This document shows, piece after piece, positions 44,730 through 54,327 of a stretch of 64,000 nt of DNA; the first letter of the stretch is position 1, and every line of letters begins with the position of its first letter. A program made the position numbers and the translations under genes. This stretch comes from a virus. Location of the stretch: the IMG/VR virus record IMGVR_UViG_3300025141_000022, positions 120,914 through 184,913 of that record. One strand, given 5' to 3'. Under the pieces are notes generated by a model. That model made no database searches. It saw nothing but the letters and a program-made list of their open reading frames with translations, and was not told the origin of the DNA.

Positions 44730-46547
44730 ATGAAAAAAGAATTAGACACATTAATAACTGAATTTTATACGAAGGATAGCGAAAAGGTTGGATTTTCGCA
44801 AATTTGCCAGATTATTGAGGAGATTTTAGATGATCCTGCTCTTGATAAAATTATTTCAGAGGCACAAGAGAAAAGCCTCGCAGAACGCAAATTTACACCA
44901 AAGGGGGCAAAGGCCAGAGAACGAATCTTGCGACTCCCCAACGTAGTTCCGACCGAAATTTCAGTTGGACAAAGACCCGATAGTGAAGACCGCGCACAAT
45001 TTGAATTGTGGATGCAGAACATCGGAATGGATAGCGGGACAGACAGTAGCGCAGTGGCACAAAAGCTAAAAGCGATCACTCAGTTCTTTGACAGTCCAGA
45101 AGCCAACTTACGAGATGCAACAATCGCACAGACGCTTTCTTACTTGATGTTTTTAAATCAGTTCGTATGGATGCTTAAAGAGTTCAATGCTTCCGTTGCT
45201 GGGTTCTTGTGGGAGCCCTTCTTGGCTTCTTTGTTTGGTGGCAAGTCTAGACAGGTGCCGACCAGTGAAGGTGATATTGCCGACATTAGAATTGATACAG
45301 GCGAAGGCGATGCGCCAATTAGCTTAAAGATTCTAAATAAATCCGGTGCCGTAAAAGGTAGCTTTACTGACTTGGTAGATCATTTTTCTAAGGATTCATC
45401 GTGGGGCAGCGGCCCGGCCGAGATGAGGTATATTGTTGTCGTTAAGACACAAAGTTCCGAGCAAAAAACTGTATCGGCTGCTGTTTTTTGGGAATTCAAT
45501 ATTAACGCGGATAGTTTCTTTGATTGGATTGGAAATGTTCATTATCTTGAGACTGTTGAATCGGTACAGACAAGTTTCTCACTTCAAGATGCAGACAAGA
45601 AGCCATGGTTAAAGACGGGCTCCAACGCAAAGCCAGGAGCCGAAGGTAATTATGTTTGGATTCGTCATGCAACCCCAGGCAAACTTGGAGGTAGAAGTCC
45701 ACAACCAGCACGGGCTTCGTGGTTACGCCTCGCACAGATTATCGATAAGGGAGTTAGGCCCATGCCAAAGCCAGCAGATGCATTTGAGCAGATTAACCTA
45801 CAGGGAGACATAGCTGATCCTTCAGCAAAGTTGTCCGCAGAAATTTCAGCGTACAAGGCAGGCGGCAAAGCAGGTGGAAAGACACCCGGTGCTAAAGTTA
45901 GAGCTTCTTACAAAAAGACTGGTGGCACTGAAGACGATATGTTTGGTGCCGGCACTAAGGACACGGACGCTCTTTGGGGTGGAGCCGAACAATTGAATGC
46001 GTGGAGTGTTCTTGCACAGAAATTAAGAGAACAGCTGGGCGATCTCGACGGCGGCAAAAGATTTTTTAAAGCTGTAGCAGGAGACTTTTCTGGAATAGAA
46101 TCAGCCGCTGCCGAGCTTGGCCTATCGGGCAACGCACCGGGATATTCCACAGGCGCTAGCGCAATAGAAACAGATGAAGAGGTGCTGTCTGAGGGTGACG
46201 AAGGATCAGGCGGAAAGCAATTCCATATTAAGCCAGCGCACTATACCAGACTTGGTACAAATCTAGGTACTCTTAAGATCACGCCGGGTGCAGTCGAGGA
46301 CTTCTTTACTCTCTCTGCGCAACAATTGAACGAAGATTTGATAACAATGTTTAATGCTTTAGCTGATTTGACAGACAATATCGGCAGGTTCTTTTTGACT
46401 GATTGTAGTGGCGGCACTGGTGAGGATACTGCTTGCTCCCCAGCAGATGAAGCTGCCAGAAACACAGCAGGTGGCCAAGCGATAAGAGATGCGCGGGTTC
46501 TAGAAGACGCAGTGTCAGCATCGGTTAAAGGAATGACCGATAAATAA
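44730..46547 (+). CDS. Hypothetical protein with a possible PD-(D/E)XK nuclease core
   Basis: AGFLWEPFLASLFGG...GDIADI...PISLK; 605 aa. Confidence 0.45.
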   Translation: MKKELDTLITEFYTKDSEKVGFSQICQIIEEILDDPALDKIISEAQEKSLAERKFTPKGAKARERILRLPNVVPTEISVGQRPDSEDRAQFELWMQNIGMDSGTDSSAVAQKLKAITQFFDSPEANLRDATIAQTLSYLMFLNQFVWMLKEFNASVAGFLWEPFLASLFGGKSRQVPTSEGDIADIRIDTGEGDAPISLKILNKSGAVKGSFTDLVDHFSKDSSWGSGPAEMRYIVVVKTQSSEQKTVSAAVFWEFNINADSFFDWIGNVHYLETVESVQTSFSLQDADKKPWLKTGSNAKPGAEGNYVWIRHATPGKLGGRSPQPARASWLRLAQIIDKGVRPMPKPADAFEQINLQGDIADPSAKLSAEISAYKAGGKAGGKTPGAKVRASYKKTGGTEDDMFGAGTKDTDALWGGAEQLNAWSVLAQKLREQLGDLDGGKRFFKAVAGDFSGIESAAAELGLSGNAPGYSTGASAIETDEEVLSEGDEGSGGKQFHIKPAHYTRLGTNLGTLKITPGAVEDFFTLSAQQLNEDLITMFNALADLTDNIGRFFLTDCSGGTGEDTACSPADEAARNTAGGQAIRDARVLEDAVSASVKGMTDK

Positions 46548-46548
46548 C

Positions 46549-46577
46549 TTGACAAGTTACACAAACTTGATTATACT
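46549..46577 (+). promoter_or_regulatory. sigma70-type promoter for groEL
   Basis: TTGACA-N17-TATACT. Confidence 0.8.
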
Positions 46578-46597
46578 ATAAACACAATGGAGGAAAA

Positions 46598-48166
46598 TTG
46601 ACAAAACATTATGAATCTGGTACTGAACTAAGCCAGAAGATTTTGAAGGGTGTTAACATATTAGCTGATAATGTTGCATCCACTTTAGGCCCACGCGGTC
46701 GAAACGTGATACTTAAGAGAAACGATGCGAGGCCCATCATAACTAAAGACGGTGTAACTGTTGCCATGTTTGTCGATTTGGATGATCCAATTGAGAATGC
46801 TGGAGCGCAGATTGTCAAGCAAGCTGCAGCCAAGACAGCAAATACAGCCGGCGATGGAACAACCACCGCTACAGTTTTAGCCAGAGAAATTTTGAATCAA
46901 TCCCAGAGATATATTTTAGCCGGCTCATCGCCGGTAGAACTTAAACGTGGAATTGATAAAGCTGTTGAGGCCATAGCCGATAAGCTGAAAGAAATGGCCC
47001 GGCCGATTATGAGTGTCGAAGACATCGAACACATCGCCACAATATCAGCAAATGGGGATGAGAGGATTGGTAACATCATATCTATGGCAGTCGATCAGGT
47101 TGGCAAAGATGGTGCAATAACAGTGGAGGAAGCCCGGTCGCTACAAACTTCGCTAGAGTTGGTGGAAGGCTTTCAGTTTAAGTCGGGGTATGTATCGCCA
47201 TCGTTTATTACTGACCAGCGAAGAGGCATGGTTGAATACGACAAACCATATCTGTTGATAACAGACTATAAAGTGGACACGATTGATGAGCTTTTGCCAG
47301 TCTTGGAGCTTGTTTCACGAGAAGCGAGGCCGCTGGTTATTATAGCAGAAGAGATTTCTGGCCAAGCCCTTGCTGCGCTGATTATGAATACGACTCGCGG
47401 TACTCTTAAGGTGGCAGCAGTTAAGGCTCCGAGGTATGGAGAAGAGCGTAGGAACACACTGAAAGATTTATCCCTCGCGACAGGCGGCTGCTTCTTTACG
47501 AGAGAATCTGGTCGCAACTTATCGGATATTAAACTTGTAGATTTTGGGCAAGCCAAAAAGATAAACATTATCAAGAATCACACTACAATTGTCGGCGGTA
47601 AAGGCAACCACGAAAAGATAGAAGAAAAGATTGAAGCACTGAAGACAGAGATTCAACAGACTGAAAATCTTCATGAGTGTGAAATGTTACAAGACAGAAT
47701 CACTAGACTGGCCAGCGGGATTGCCATCATTCGTGTCGGCGCAGCTACAGAGATAGAAATGGTTGAGAAGAGACACAGAATTGAAGACGCTTTGGAAGCA
47801 GTTAAGTCTGCTCAAGAAGAGGGGATTGTGCCCGGTGGCGGCGTAGCCCTGATACGAGCAATAGAAGACTTAGATGTGGTCACATCAAATCGTGATCAAG
47901 AATTAGGTGTAGAGATTATTAAACAATCTGTTCAGGCTCCATTGAGACAAATGGCTGCCAATGCTGGCGAATCTCCTGACATGATTGTTTCAATGCTTTC
48001 CGGCGAAACAGGAAGCCGAGGGTATAATTTTGTCACTAGAGAAGTTGAAGATATGTATGAGATAGGAGTAATCGATCCGGTTAAAGTTACACGATCTGCT
48101 ATACAGAACGCTGCATCGGTATCATCAACACTGATAACAACAAATTATGCTATTGTGCAGGAATAA
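46598..48166 (+). CDS. groL: Chaperonin GroEL (TTG start)
   Basis: STLGPRGRNV, ITKDGVTVA, AGDGTTTATVLA, VKAPRYG, EDALEA, GIVPGGG, GVIDPVKVTRSA. Confidence 0.97.
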   Translation: MTKHYESGTELSQKILKGVNILADNVASTLGPRGRNVILKRNDARPIITKDGVTVAMFVDLDDPIENAGAQIVKQAAAKTANTAGDGTTTATVLAREILNQSQRYILAGSSPVELKRGIDKAVEAIADKLKEMARPIMSVEDIEHIATISANGDERIGNIISMAVDQVGKDGAITVEEARSLQTSLELVEGFQFKSGYVSPSFITDQRRGMVEYDKPYLLITDYKVDTIDELLPVLELVSREARPLVIIAEEISGQALAALIMNTTRGTLKVAAVKAPRYGEERRNTLKDLSLATGGCFFTRESGRNLSDIKLVDFGQAKKINIIKNHTTIVGGKGNHEKIEEKIEALKTEIQQTENLHECEMLQDRITRLASGIAIIRVGAATEIEMVEKRHRIEDALEAVKSAQEEGIVPGGGVALIRAIEDLDVVTSNRDQELGVEIIKQSVQAPLRQMAANAGESPDMIVSMLSGETGSRGYNFVTREVEDMYEIGVIDPVKVTRSAIQNAASVSSTLITTNYAIVQE

Positions 48167-48195
48167 TCATAATTGTCGCACTATATATTAACGTC

Positions 48196-48507
48196 ATGGA
48201 TAACAATGAAAACCAAGTAATTAAACTGAATCAAAACATAGTCGAACTTAATGGCAAGCTAGAGTTGCTGATGTCGGCTATTGATTCAGTCAAAGAAAAG
48301 CAAGACGAAATGGCTGAACATATATCTAAAATCAAAGAGGCTGTTTACAATCCTGATCAGGGTATATATGCTAGGATTAAAACCCTAGAACAGTGGAAAG
48401 AGACACACTCCAAGGCTATGTGGATCGTGTTCACAGGCGTGACGGCTCTTGTGCTCAAACAAGTATGGGATATTATATCATTAGTCGGCACCGCAACAGG
48501 AAATTAA
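48196..48507 (+). CDS. Coiled-coil protein with C-terminal TM (holin/XhlA-like architecture)
   Basis: Heptad-rich N-terminus, then MWIVFTGVTALVLKQVW. Confidence 0.45.
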   Translation: MDNNENQVIKLNQNIVELNGKLELLMSAIDSVKEKQDEMAEHISKIKEAVYNPDQGIYARIKTLEQWKETHSKAMWIVFTGVTALVLKQVWDIISLVGTATGN

Positions 48508-48513
48508 ATTTAT

Positions 48514-48542
48514 TTGACAAACTATGGCATTTCTGTTATAGT
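48514..48542 (+). promoter_or_regulatory. sigma70-type promoter
   Basis: TTGACA-N17-TATAGT; the ORF-track TTG start at 48514 is the -35 box itself. Confidence 0.7.
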
Positions 48543-48567
48543 ATATAATGACAGTATAGGAGAAAAC

Positions 48568-49053
48568 ATGTCAGAAGAAAATGAGCAACAGCCGTCCGTT
48601 GACGGGCTAACCAGAGTGACTCTACAATACTCTGTTGCTTTGCAGGATGTTCCACGGGAAGTTTACCGCATGATACAAGACGTGGCTCAACAGTGTGCTA
48701 GCACTGCCAAGGACTTGCAAGATGCAAGCGCGACCTTGTTGGGAGAAACACAAAAATTAGGAGAAGTGCTTAGACAAAACGCTGTCACCCGAGAGACACT
48801 AAAAGAAATATGTTTTAGACTCGATGATCATGATGCTATTTTATATAGTTACTACAAGGCCATGCTCGCGGCTGAAGCTGCATCCGAAGATGTTCCAGCG
48901 CCCAGTCAACCAATAATTGAAAAGACTAGGGCCGTACCTCCCTCTCAATTGCCTTCCATCGAGCCAAACATAAGACTGACAGAGAGAGAGCCTGAATTGT
49001 CAGAGATTGACGTTTATGAGATTAACAGCGGAGAAGATTTATCTAATGACTAA
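48568..49053 (+). CDS. Hypothetical protein (start ATG 48568)
   Basis: SD AGGAG before ATG 48568; RVTLQYSVALQDVP. Confidence 0.55.
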   Translation: MSEENEQQPSVDGLTRVTLQYSVALQDVPREVYRMIQDVAQQCASTAKDLQDASATLLGETQKLGEVLRQNAVTRETLKEICFRLDDHDAILYSYYKAMLAAEAASEDVPAPSQPIIEKTRAVPPSQLPSIEPNIRLTEREPELSEIDVYEINSGEDLSND

Positions 49054-49075
49054 TGGTTGAAGAAAGGAGAACAAC

Positions 49076-49300
49076 ATGATGAACATGGCAAAGGGCGAAT
49101 TAGCATATCTCCCATCGGAGGTTCGCTTATACCAGACAGACCCGCAGGGTGTGCCAACTAAAACAATAACTATCAAAAGGCCCCGAAGCGTCTTAATACT
49201 GGAAAAGATGCCAGACGTAAGTTCATGTATTGTTCTTTATAACGGAGAACAATGGCACGTCGATAAAACACACACATATAACTTAACGGAGAAACGGTGA
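49076..49300 (+). CDS. Small SH3/KOW-like protein
   Basis: AKGELAYL...VLILEK...IVLYNGEQWHV. Confidence 0.5.
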   Translation: MMNMAKGELAYLPSEVRLYQTDPQGVPTKTITIKRPRSVLILEKMPDVSSCIVLYNGEQWHVDKTHTYNLTEKR

Positions 49301-49602
49301 TTAAACTAGTTGAAGTACGAAGAAACAACAGGTACACAAATAATAAAGCTAACGAAGAACAATATACGCTGCATGAGGTATACATTAACCCATCTCATGT
49401 GGTAGCAATCAGAGAAGATGAACGAGCACTACAGCATCTAAGAGAAGGACTAATGCCTTCCGGCCTGGATGCTCGTCAAGGGTTTACAAAGCTGCATTTG
49501 CAGCGCGGTCAGAATGGACTGGATATAACAGTAATAGGGGATCCTGGGGTTATTGAAACCAAGATGATGACATCCATGCAGCGCGTACTTCTAAAGGGGT
49601 AA
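49297..49602 (+). CDS. Hypothetical protein, weak resemblance to FlbD/SwrD-type small proteins
   Basis: MIKLVEV...VYINPSHVVAIRE...TKLHL...ITVIG. Confidence 0.4.
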   Translation: MIKLVEVRRNNRYTNNKANEEQYTLHEVYINPSHVVAIREDERALQHLREGLMPSGLDARQGFTKLHLQRGQNGLDITVIGDPGVIETKMMTSMQRVLLKG

Positions 49603-49604
49603 GT

Positions 49605-50057
49605 ATGGAAATTATTTGTCATTTTAAGGACATGCGAGAGTATGGCGATCTTGTTCCCGAGGCTAAAAAGACAAAACTTGGCCGCTACCATGGCTCCTAC
49701 TATCCTATAGATGGTTTCGGGGTAACGTGTTGGGCTGTTGGTGCCTATCTGGTTGTACCTGAGTACAATAAATATATTGAGCAGGAGCTAACTGATGAAC
49801 AAATTGTCGAGGCTTGCTTGGAGTACTTGAACAAGCCGCCACCACGAAAGAAATATCAGCGCCGAGTAAGCCAGCCCCTTTACGGAACATTAAGTCTGCA
49901 CCGGTGCAGAAGCAAGGTGCCGGCAGAAGAGAACGAAGGCAATCAATGTTATGAAGTTCTATTGTTTACGGACAGAAGAAAAAATAAACACTTTTGGAGC
50001 GAAGGTCAGATAAACTATGCTCCTAGAAAACGAAAAAGAAAAAAGGCAAAGAAATGA
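49605..50057 (+). CDS. Hypothetical protein with basic C-terminus
   Basis: 150 aa ORF in a coupled run. Confidence 0.55.
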   Translation: MEIICHFKDMREYGDLVPEAKKTKLGRYHGSYYPIDGFGVTCWAVGAYLVVPEYNKYIEQELTDEQIVEACLEYLNKPPPRKKYQRRVSQPLYGTLSLHRCRSKVPAEENEGNQCYEVLLFTDRRKNKHFWSEGQINYAPRKRKRKKAKK

Positions 50058-50254
50058 TTTGGACAGTTGTTACAATTAACCCTGCTCTCCAAAGAGCAGA
50101 GTATCATGTGTTTGATTCCTTTCCTCATGACGGAGAGGCAGCTTACACGCAGGCACAAAGTGCATTACCTAACTCGGTAATCGTGGCTTTGATTAAGGGT
50201 ACGCACAAGACCTCCACATATGTGCCAAACAAAGCAATTAACGTGTTTTGTTAG
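50054..50254 (+). CDS. Hypothetical protein (66 aa)
   Basis: ATGA-coupled ORF. Confidence 0.5.
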   Translation: MIWTVVTINPALQRAEYHVFDSFPHDGEAAYTQAQSALPNSVIVALIKGTHKTSTYVPNKAINVFC

Positions 50255-50610
50255 GAGCGGCATTGTATAATATACTTATTGGTTGCCTGCTTTTCATACT
50301 TGGCCAAACGCTAGTTTGGTTCCAACTAAACTCTCAGTTTGTTTGGGATTGGTGGAAAGATAGACCCGTCCCAGCAATTATAATCTTTTCAGTACCCGCT
50401 AGCTTTTGTTTTTGGTACGGAGTGAGAATGGTCGTTGGAGAAATGAATGAGCTTTGGGGACCGAGACTGCTTATATTTGGCATGTCTTACTTAACTTTTC
50501 CACTATTAACGTGGTATTATATGAATGAGAGCATGTTTACGCCGAAGACGTTGGTGTGTGTCATACTCTCATTCGCAATCGTTGCGATACAACTTTTATG
50601 GAGAACATGA
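50248..50610 (+). CDS. Four-TM membrane protein (DMT/EamA half-domain-like)
   Basis: Four hydrophobic segments in 120 aa. Confidence 0.55.
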   Translation: MLGAALYNILIGCLLFILGQTLVWFQLNSQFVWDWWKDRPVPAIIIFSVPASFCFWYGVRMVVGEMNELWGPRLLIFGMSYLTFPLLTWYYMNESMFTPKTLVCVILSFAIVAIQLLWRT

Positions 50611-50966
50611 TGACAGTTGAGAAACCATGGGGTCACGAAATTAGATGGGCCGCGAACGAGAAGTACATAGGCAAGATCCTTTTTATAAAGAAGGGACACA
50701 GACTTTCAAAACAATATCACGAACAGAAAGATGAGGCTATCTATGTGCTCGATGGCTCGCTCATGATAGAGTTAGGCCCCACAGTCGAAGAGATTGGCAT
50801 CACCGAAAGTGTCAAGTTCACGCTCACTAAGGGACAGGCCCAGCGGATCCGTCCCGGTGTCGTGCATCGGTTTTGCGCTTTGTCGAAAGACGTGACATTG
50901 ATTGAAGTTAGTACGCCAGAGATGGAAGATGTAGTCAGAATTGAGGACGACTACAGTAGAAAATGA
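50607..50966 (+). CDS. Cupin-fold protein (mannose-6-P isomerase type II C-terminal-like; start ATG 50607)
   Basis: VEKPWGHE...KILFIKKGHRLSKQYHEQKDE...GVVHRF...LIEVST. Confidence 0.8.
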   Translation: MMTVEKPWGHEIRWAANEKYIGKILFIKKGHRLSKQYHEQKDEAIYVLDGSLMIELGPTVEEIGITESVKFTLTKGQAQRIRPGVVHRFCALSKDVTLIEVSTPEMEDVVRIEDDYSRK

Positions 50967-50985
50967 ATATAAAAGTAGCTATATC

Positions 50986-51021
50986 AGAGGGGTTCTTATT
51001 AAAGTGCCCCTTTTGTTTTTT
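50986..51021 (+). terminator. Rho-independent terminator
   Basis: AGAGGGGT...GCCCCTTT stem with a TTTTGTTTTTT tail. Confidence 0.7.
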
Positions 51022-51025
51022 GATA

Positions 51026-51033
51026 ACTAATTA
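51026..51033 (+). promoter_or_regulatory. Putative late-promoter motif ACTAATTA
   Basis: Directly after the terminator; SD GGAG and ATG 51058 follow. Confidence 0.55.
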
Positions 51034-51057
51034 TTTAATGAATTGGAGTATATTACA

Positions 51058-54000
51058 ATGAACTTTTATGAGAAGTGGCGCACATTTGTGAGCCAAGTTG
51101 AGCTACGAGAATCTGCCAAGGAGGCCATCCTTGAAAGAACTGAATTACTAAACGAAATCTCTCGCGAATCAGCAGACAAAATCTATGACTGGATGGCTTC
51201 TGCTGGCGCTAGCGATTACTCATTTAATGATCTATTCGGTGGTGCCATGCGTATCGCCTTTCCGCTAGCTACTGACGATCAGCGCAAGCTCAAAAAAGCT
51301 GTCACAGCCCTTGCAGATTCCGGCTGGTCAGTTGGTGAAATGGTGCCGTGGGATGGAGGAATGCACAGTTCAAAGAAGTTCCCCATCAAGAAAGTCAAAC
51401 AAAAGCGTACCCGGCTGGCTGACGCTGGCGGTGGAGAGTATGAGGAAGAAATCGAAATAGCCGATCTGGTCCTTTCGCGAACATACACAAAGGTTATCCC
51501 TGCTGGACCCCGCAAAGGCGAAGAGATTCAGCGCACAGACAAGACCAGCATGAGCAAAGCCCTGGCCAAACTCGTCAAAGGGGGCAAGCTTGAACAAGAG
51601 ATATATGATTGGTGGCAGAAGACTCAAGTATTCTACACCAAGGATAATAACTGGCAAGACATCGAAGGCATGTTTTCTGGCGACATAGACAATGATGTAG
51701 TTATTGTTTCTCGCCACCCAGTTGATGTTTTGCGAATGAGCGACATGGGAAGTATTCGTTCGTGTCATTCTGAAGGATCGAGCTATTTTAAGTGTGCAGT
51801 AGCCGAGGCTAAGGGTCATGGCCCAATCGCATATGTGGTGCCCGAGGTCGAGTATGAAAGATTGCTCCGCGAAGAGCACAAAGAGTACCAAACAGCAGAC
51901 GATCCAGAGGCTGCATATGATGTGGATGCCCCAGCCGAGGAGCCGTCAAAGAAAAAATTATCAGACTTTGACGACGAAGAGATTTTTAGAGACAGACAAA
52001 GACAAGTCCGAGGTATCACGCCTAAAGCCCGTGTCCGTCTTAGAAAGTTTGTACACTCATACTCCCCCTCAGAACCCGATGAAGCCTTTGCGGTTCCAGA
52101 ATTAAGAACATATGGCGCTGCCCCCCCTGGCTTTACTGATGCCGTTTTAAACTGGGCGTGGGACAATCAAAAGAAAATGTTTGAGCTTGGTACCGATGTC
52201 TATGGTGCTCCAAACCCATATGATCTTACAAGATATGGTGGCTCATGGGAAGACAATCCAGACGGCGAGTTACTAAGAAAGTTTTTTGGAAAGGGAATTC
52301 CAGATTTCACAAATTATAATACCCTCAGAAATGTCCATCATGATGAAGAGGTCGAAGAAGACGAGGCCGAGCAGTTATTCAATGAATATGAAGAGCGCAT
52401 CGACGAGCTTAATGATCATGCCAATTCAACCTTGCAACATTCCAGTTGTCATGGATCTGTTGAAGACAATGGTGAAGGCATGCCCTATGTCTATGCCAGC
52501 GGCGACGTTACGATTGAGATTCCAATAAAATGGGATGGACCAATGAGCGACGAGCCCAATGGATATTATTGGCACAAGGATGACCGCGACATGGCCATCA
52601 TTCCAAAGTCTTGGGGCTCAGATTATCAATCCAAAAGAGCATTTGAGAGGGCAATCGAAGATAAGATTGATGTATACTCCGAAGAAACTAACTGGGAGAT
52701 TCGCGAACAAAAAGGTGGAGCTAGAGGAGAGCCAGATAAAACATATATTCTAGAGATCACCATGCAGTTCAATTGCGACGACTGCGACGATCCAGATTCA
52801 TATGAAAGCTTTATCGATTATATTGAAAATGATATTGATTCCAACTATGACGAGATAAGAGAGAAGATTCGACGCTCCTTGGTAGAAGAAACTTATATAC
52901 CACCTGACGACTGGGACAATCTTCAAGATGAGATTGAAGAGATGGGAGAGCAGCTAAAGAACTTTACTGTTATCGGTGATGATCCAGACAGTCCAGACGG
53001 CGAGGCGTGGTTCACATTACAAGGCGAAGGGTTTAGTGGCACACCAGATTCTCACATAACCACAGGTGCTGAGTTTCCATGGAAGACACTTTGGGGCACT
53101 CGTCATCATAATCGAGGATGGTTTGCCAGGGCATTTGACCCGCCGCATATAACGACCGGCGATCTGCGACATATGACCAGAACAGTATTTGGGATTACTG
53201 GCGATCATGTTAACAGAGGGTATCAAAACCTAGAAGGTTCCAAGCTGAAAGTCTTGTTCATGGAGAAGCTGCACGCACTTGAGAAAGCTGCGGGAGATTG
53301 GGCTTCAAGTCAAATGGCTTTGGACTTTGGTGAGAAATATAAAGCGCCAGCGTTCAAAGGAGTTGATCTTGCAAAAGATACAAAACTAACAATCGGCTTC
53401 CATATGGAAGAGAACAGGTTTGTTCAGGACGTGGGGTATATACCCGCCAGCCCCGTAAACATTGGCTATGGCATGAAGATTGTAGTTAGCCAAGCCAACA
53501 GCCGCGAAGAATTGCTGGGCGCATTTGAATTTGTAAGGTTTGTTGATAAACATGCCGATATGGTTCATAAAGCAATGGTCGAGTCGGTCGAAGACATGAC
53601 AGCCCAAGCAGTTTCGATAGGCCGCGAGGATCGCGCCCATGTCGGTGATATTAAAAGAAAGTATGAGGCTCTGATTACCAAGATTAAAGAATCCGATCTA
53701 GAACAAGGTGACAAATCCTATTGGATTGATCGTGCAAACACAGACATTCTCGGAGGGTTTCTGGGTCACAGACCGGCCAATCCTACGGCCCGAAATCCCG
53801 GTCCAGATGCGAGCAATGTCATAGGGCTATCGAAAAGCATTGATGACGCAATACAACAGCAAGCAATCGACGCAGAACGCCAGTCGTGGGATGATGCCAT
53901 GAAAGATGAGGAAGATGAGCCTACACAGCAGGAGCGATGGGTGGACGAGGAAGACGAGGACAAGGTTCGCGAAGCTATACAAAAAGCCATCTCAGTAGTT

Positions 54001-54327
54001 AACGAAAAGCAAGATCCTCACTATTCACAATATACCTATGAGTTGATCATAGATTGTATTGTCGATAAGGTCAAGGGAGGCAACCTAGCACAAACTTTGT
54101 CCGACATTAGAGGGATCCCTTATGTCACAACAGTGGCCTCAGAGCCTGTGCCGGGGAAAGAAACTCCCCAGCAGTGGGCGACAATGTTAAAGATAAAGTT
54201 TGTACGGGCTGATCGCTTGGGTCCGTATAAGTTTATGGCGTCTTCGTTAGTGCCCAAACTCAAGACAGTTCGCGGCCTTTCTAACATTAAGATCAGGACC
54301 GTTAAGAAGGTGGAGGAGTATTCATGA
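51058..54327 (+). CDS. Very large hypothetical protein, paralog of 25459-27981 (putative virion cargo)
   Basis: ~1089 aa; WRTFV...LRE...ILE...LLNE leader; shared SRHPVDVLRMSD...SCHS block. Confidence 0.65.
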   Translation: MNFYEKWRTFVSQVELRESAKEAILERTELLNEISRESADKIYDWMASAGASDYSFNDLFGGAMRIAFPLATDDQRKLKKAVTALADSGWSVGEMVPWDGGMHSSKKFPIKKVKQKRTRLADAGGGEYEEEIEIADLVLSRTYTKVIPAGPRKGEEIQRTDKTSMSKALAKLVKGGKLEQEIYDWWQKTQVFYTKDNNWQDIEGMFSGDIDNDVVIVSRHPVDVLRMSDMGSIRSCHSEGSSYFKCAVAEAKGHGPIAYVVPEVEYERLLREEHKEYQTADDPEAAYDVDAPAEEPSKKKLSDFDDEEIFRDRQRQVRGITPKARVRLRKFVHSYSPSEPDEAFAVPELRTYGAAPPGFTDAVLNWAWDNQKKMFELGTDVYGAPNPYDLTRYGGSWEDNPDGELLRKFFGKGIPDFTNYNTLRNVHHDEEVEEDEAEQLFNEYEERIDELNDHANSTLQHSSCHGSVEDNGEGMPYVYASGDVTIEIPIKWDGPMSDEPNGYYWHKDDRDMAIIPKSWGSDYQSKRAFERAIEDKIDVYSEETNWEIREQKGGARGEPDKTYILEITMQFNCDDCDDPDSYESFIDYIENDIDSNYDEIREKIRRSLVEETYIPPDDWDNLQDEIEEMGEQLKNFTVIGDDPDSPDGEAWFTLQGEGFSGTPDSHITTGAEFPWKTLWGTRHHNRGWFARAFDPPHITTGDLRHMTRTVFGITGDHVNRGYQNLEGSKLKVLFMEKLHALEKAAGDWASSQMALDFGEKYKAPAFKGVDLAKDTKLTIGFHMEENRFVQDVGYIPASPVNIGYGMKIVVSQANSREELLGAFEFVRFVDKHADMVHKAMVESVEDMTAQAVSIGREDRAHVGDIKRKYEALITKIKESDLEQGDKSYWIDRANTDILGGFLGHRPANPTARNPGPDASNVIGLSKSIDDAIQQQAIDAERQSWDDAMKDEEDEPTQQERWVDEEDEDKVREAIQKAISVVNEKQDPHYSQYTYELIIDCIVDKVKGGNLAQTLSDIRGIPYVTTVASEPVPGKETPQQWATMLKIKFVRADRLGPYKFMASSLVPKLKTVRGLSNIKIRTVKKVEEYS

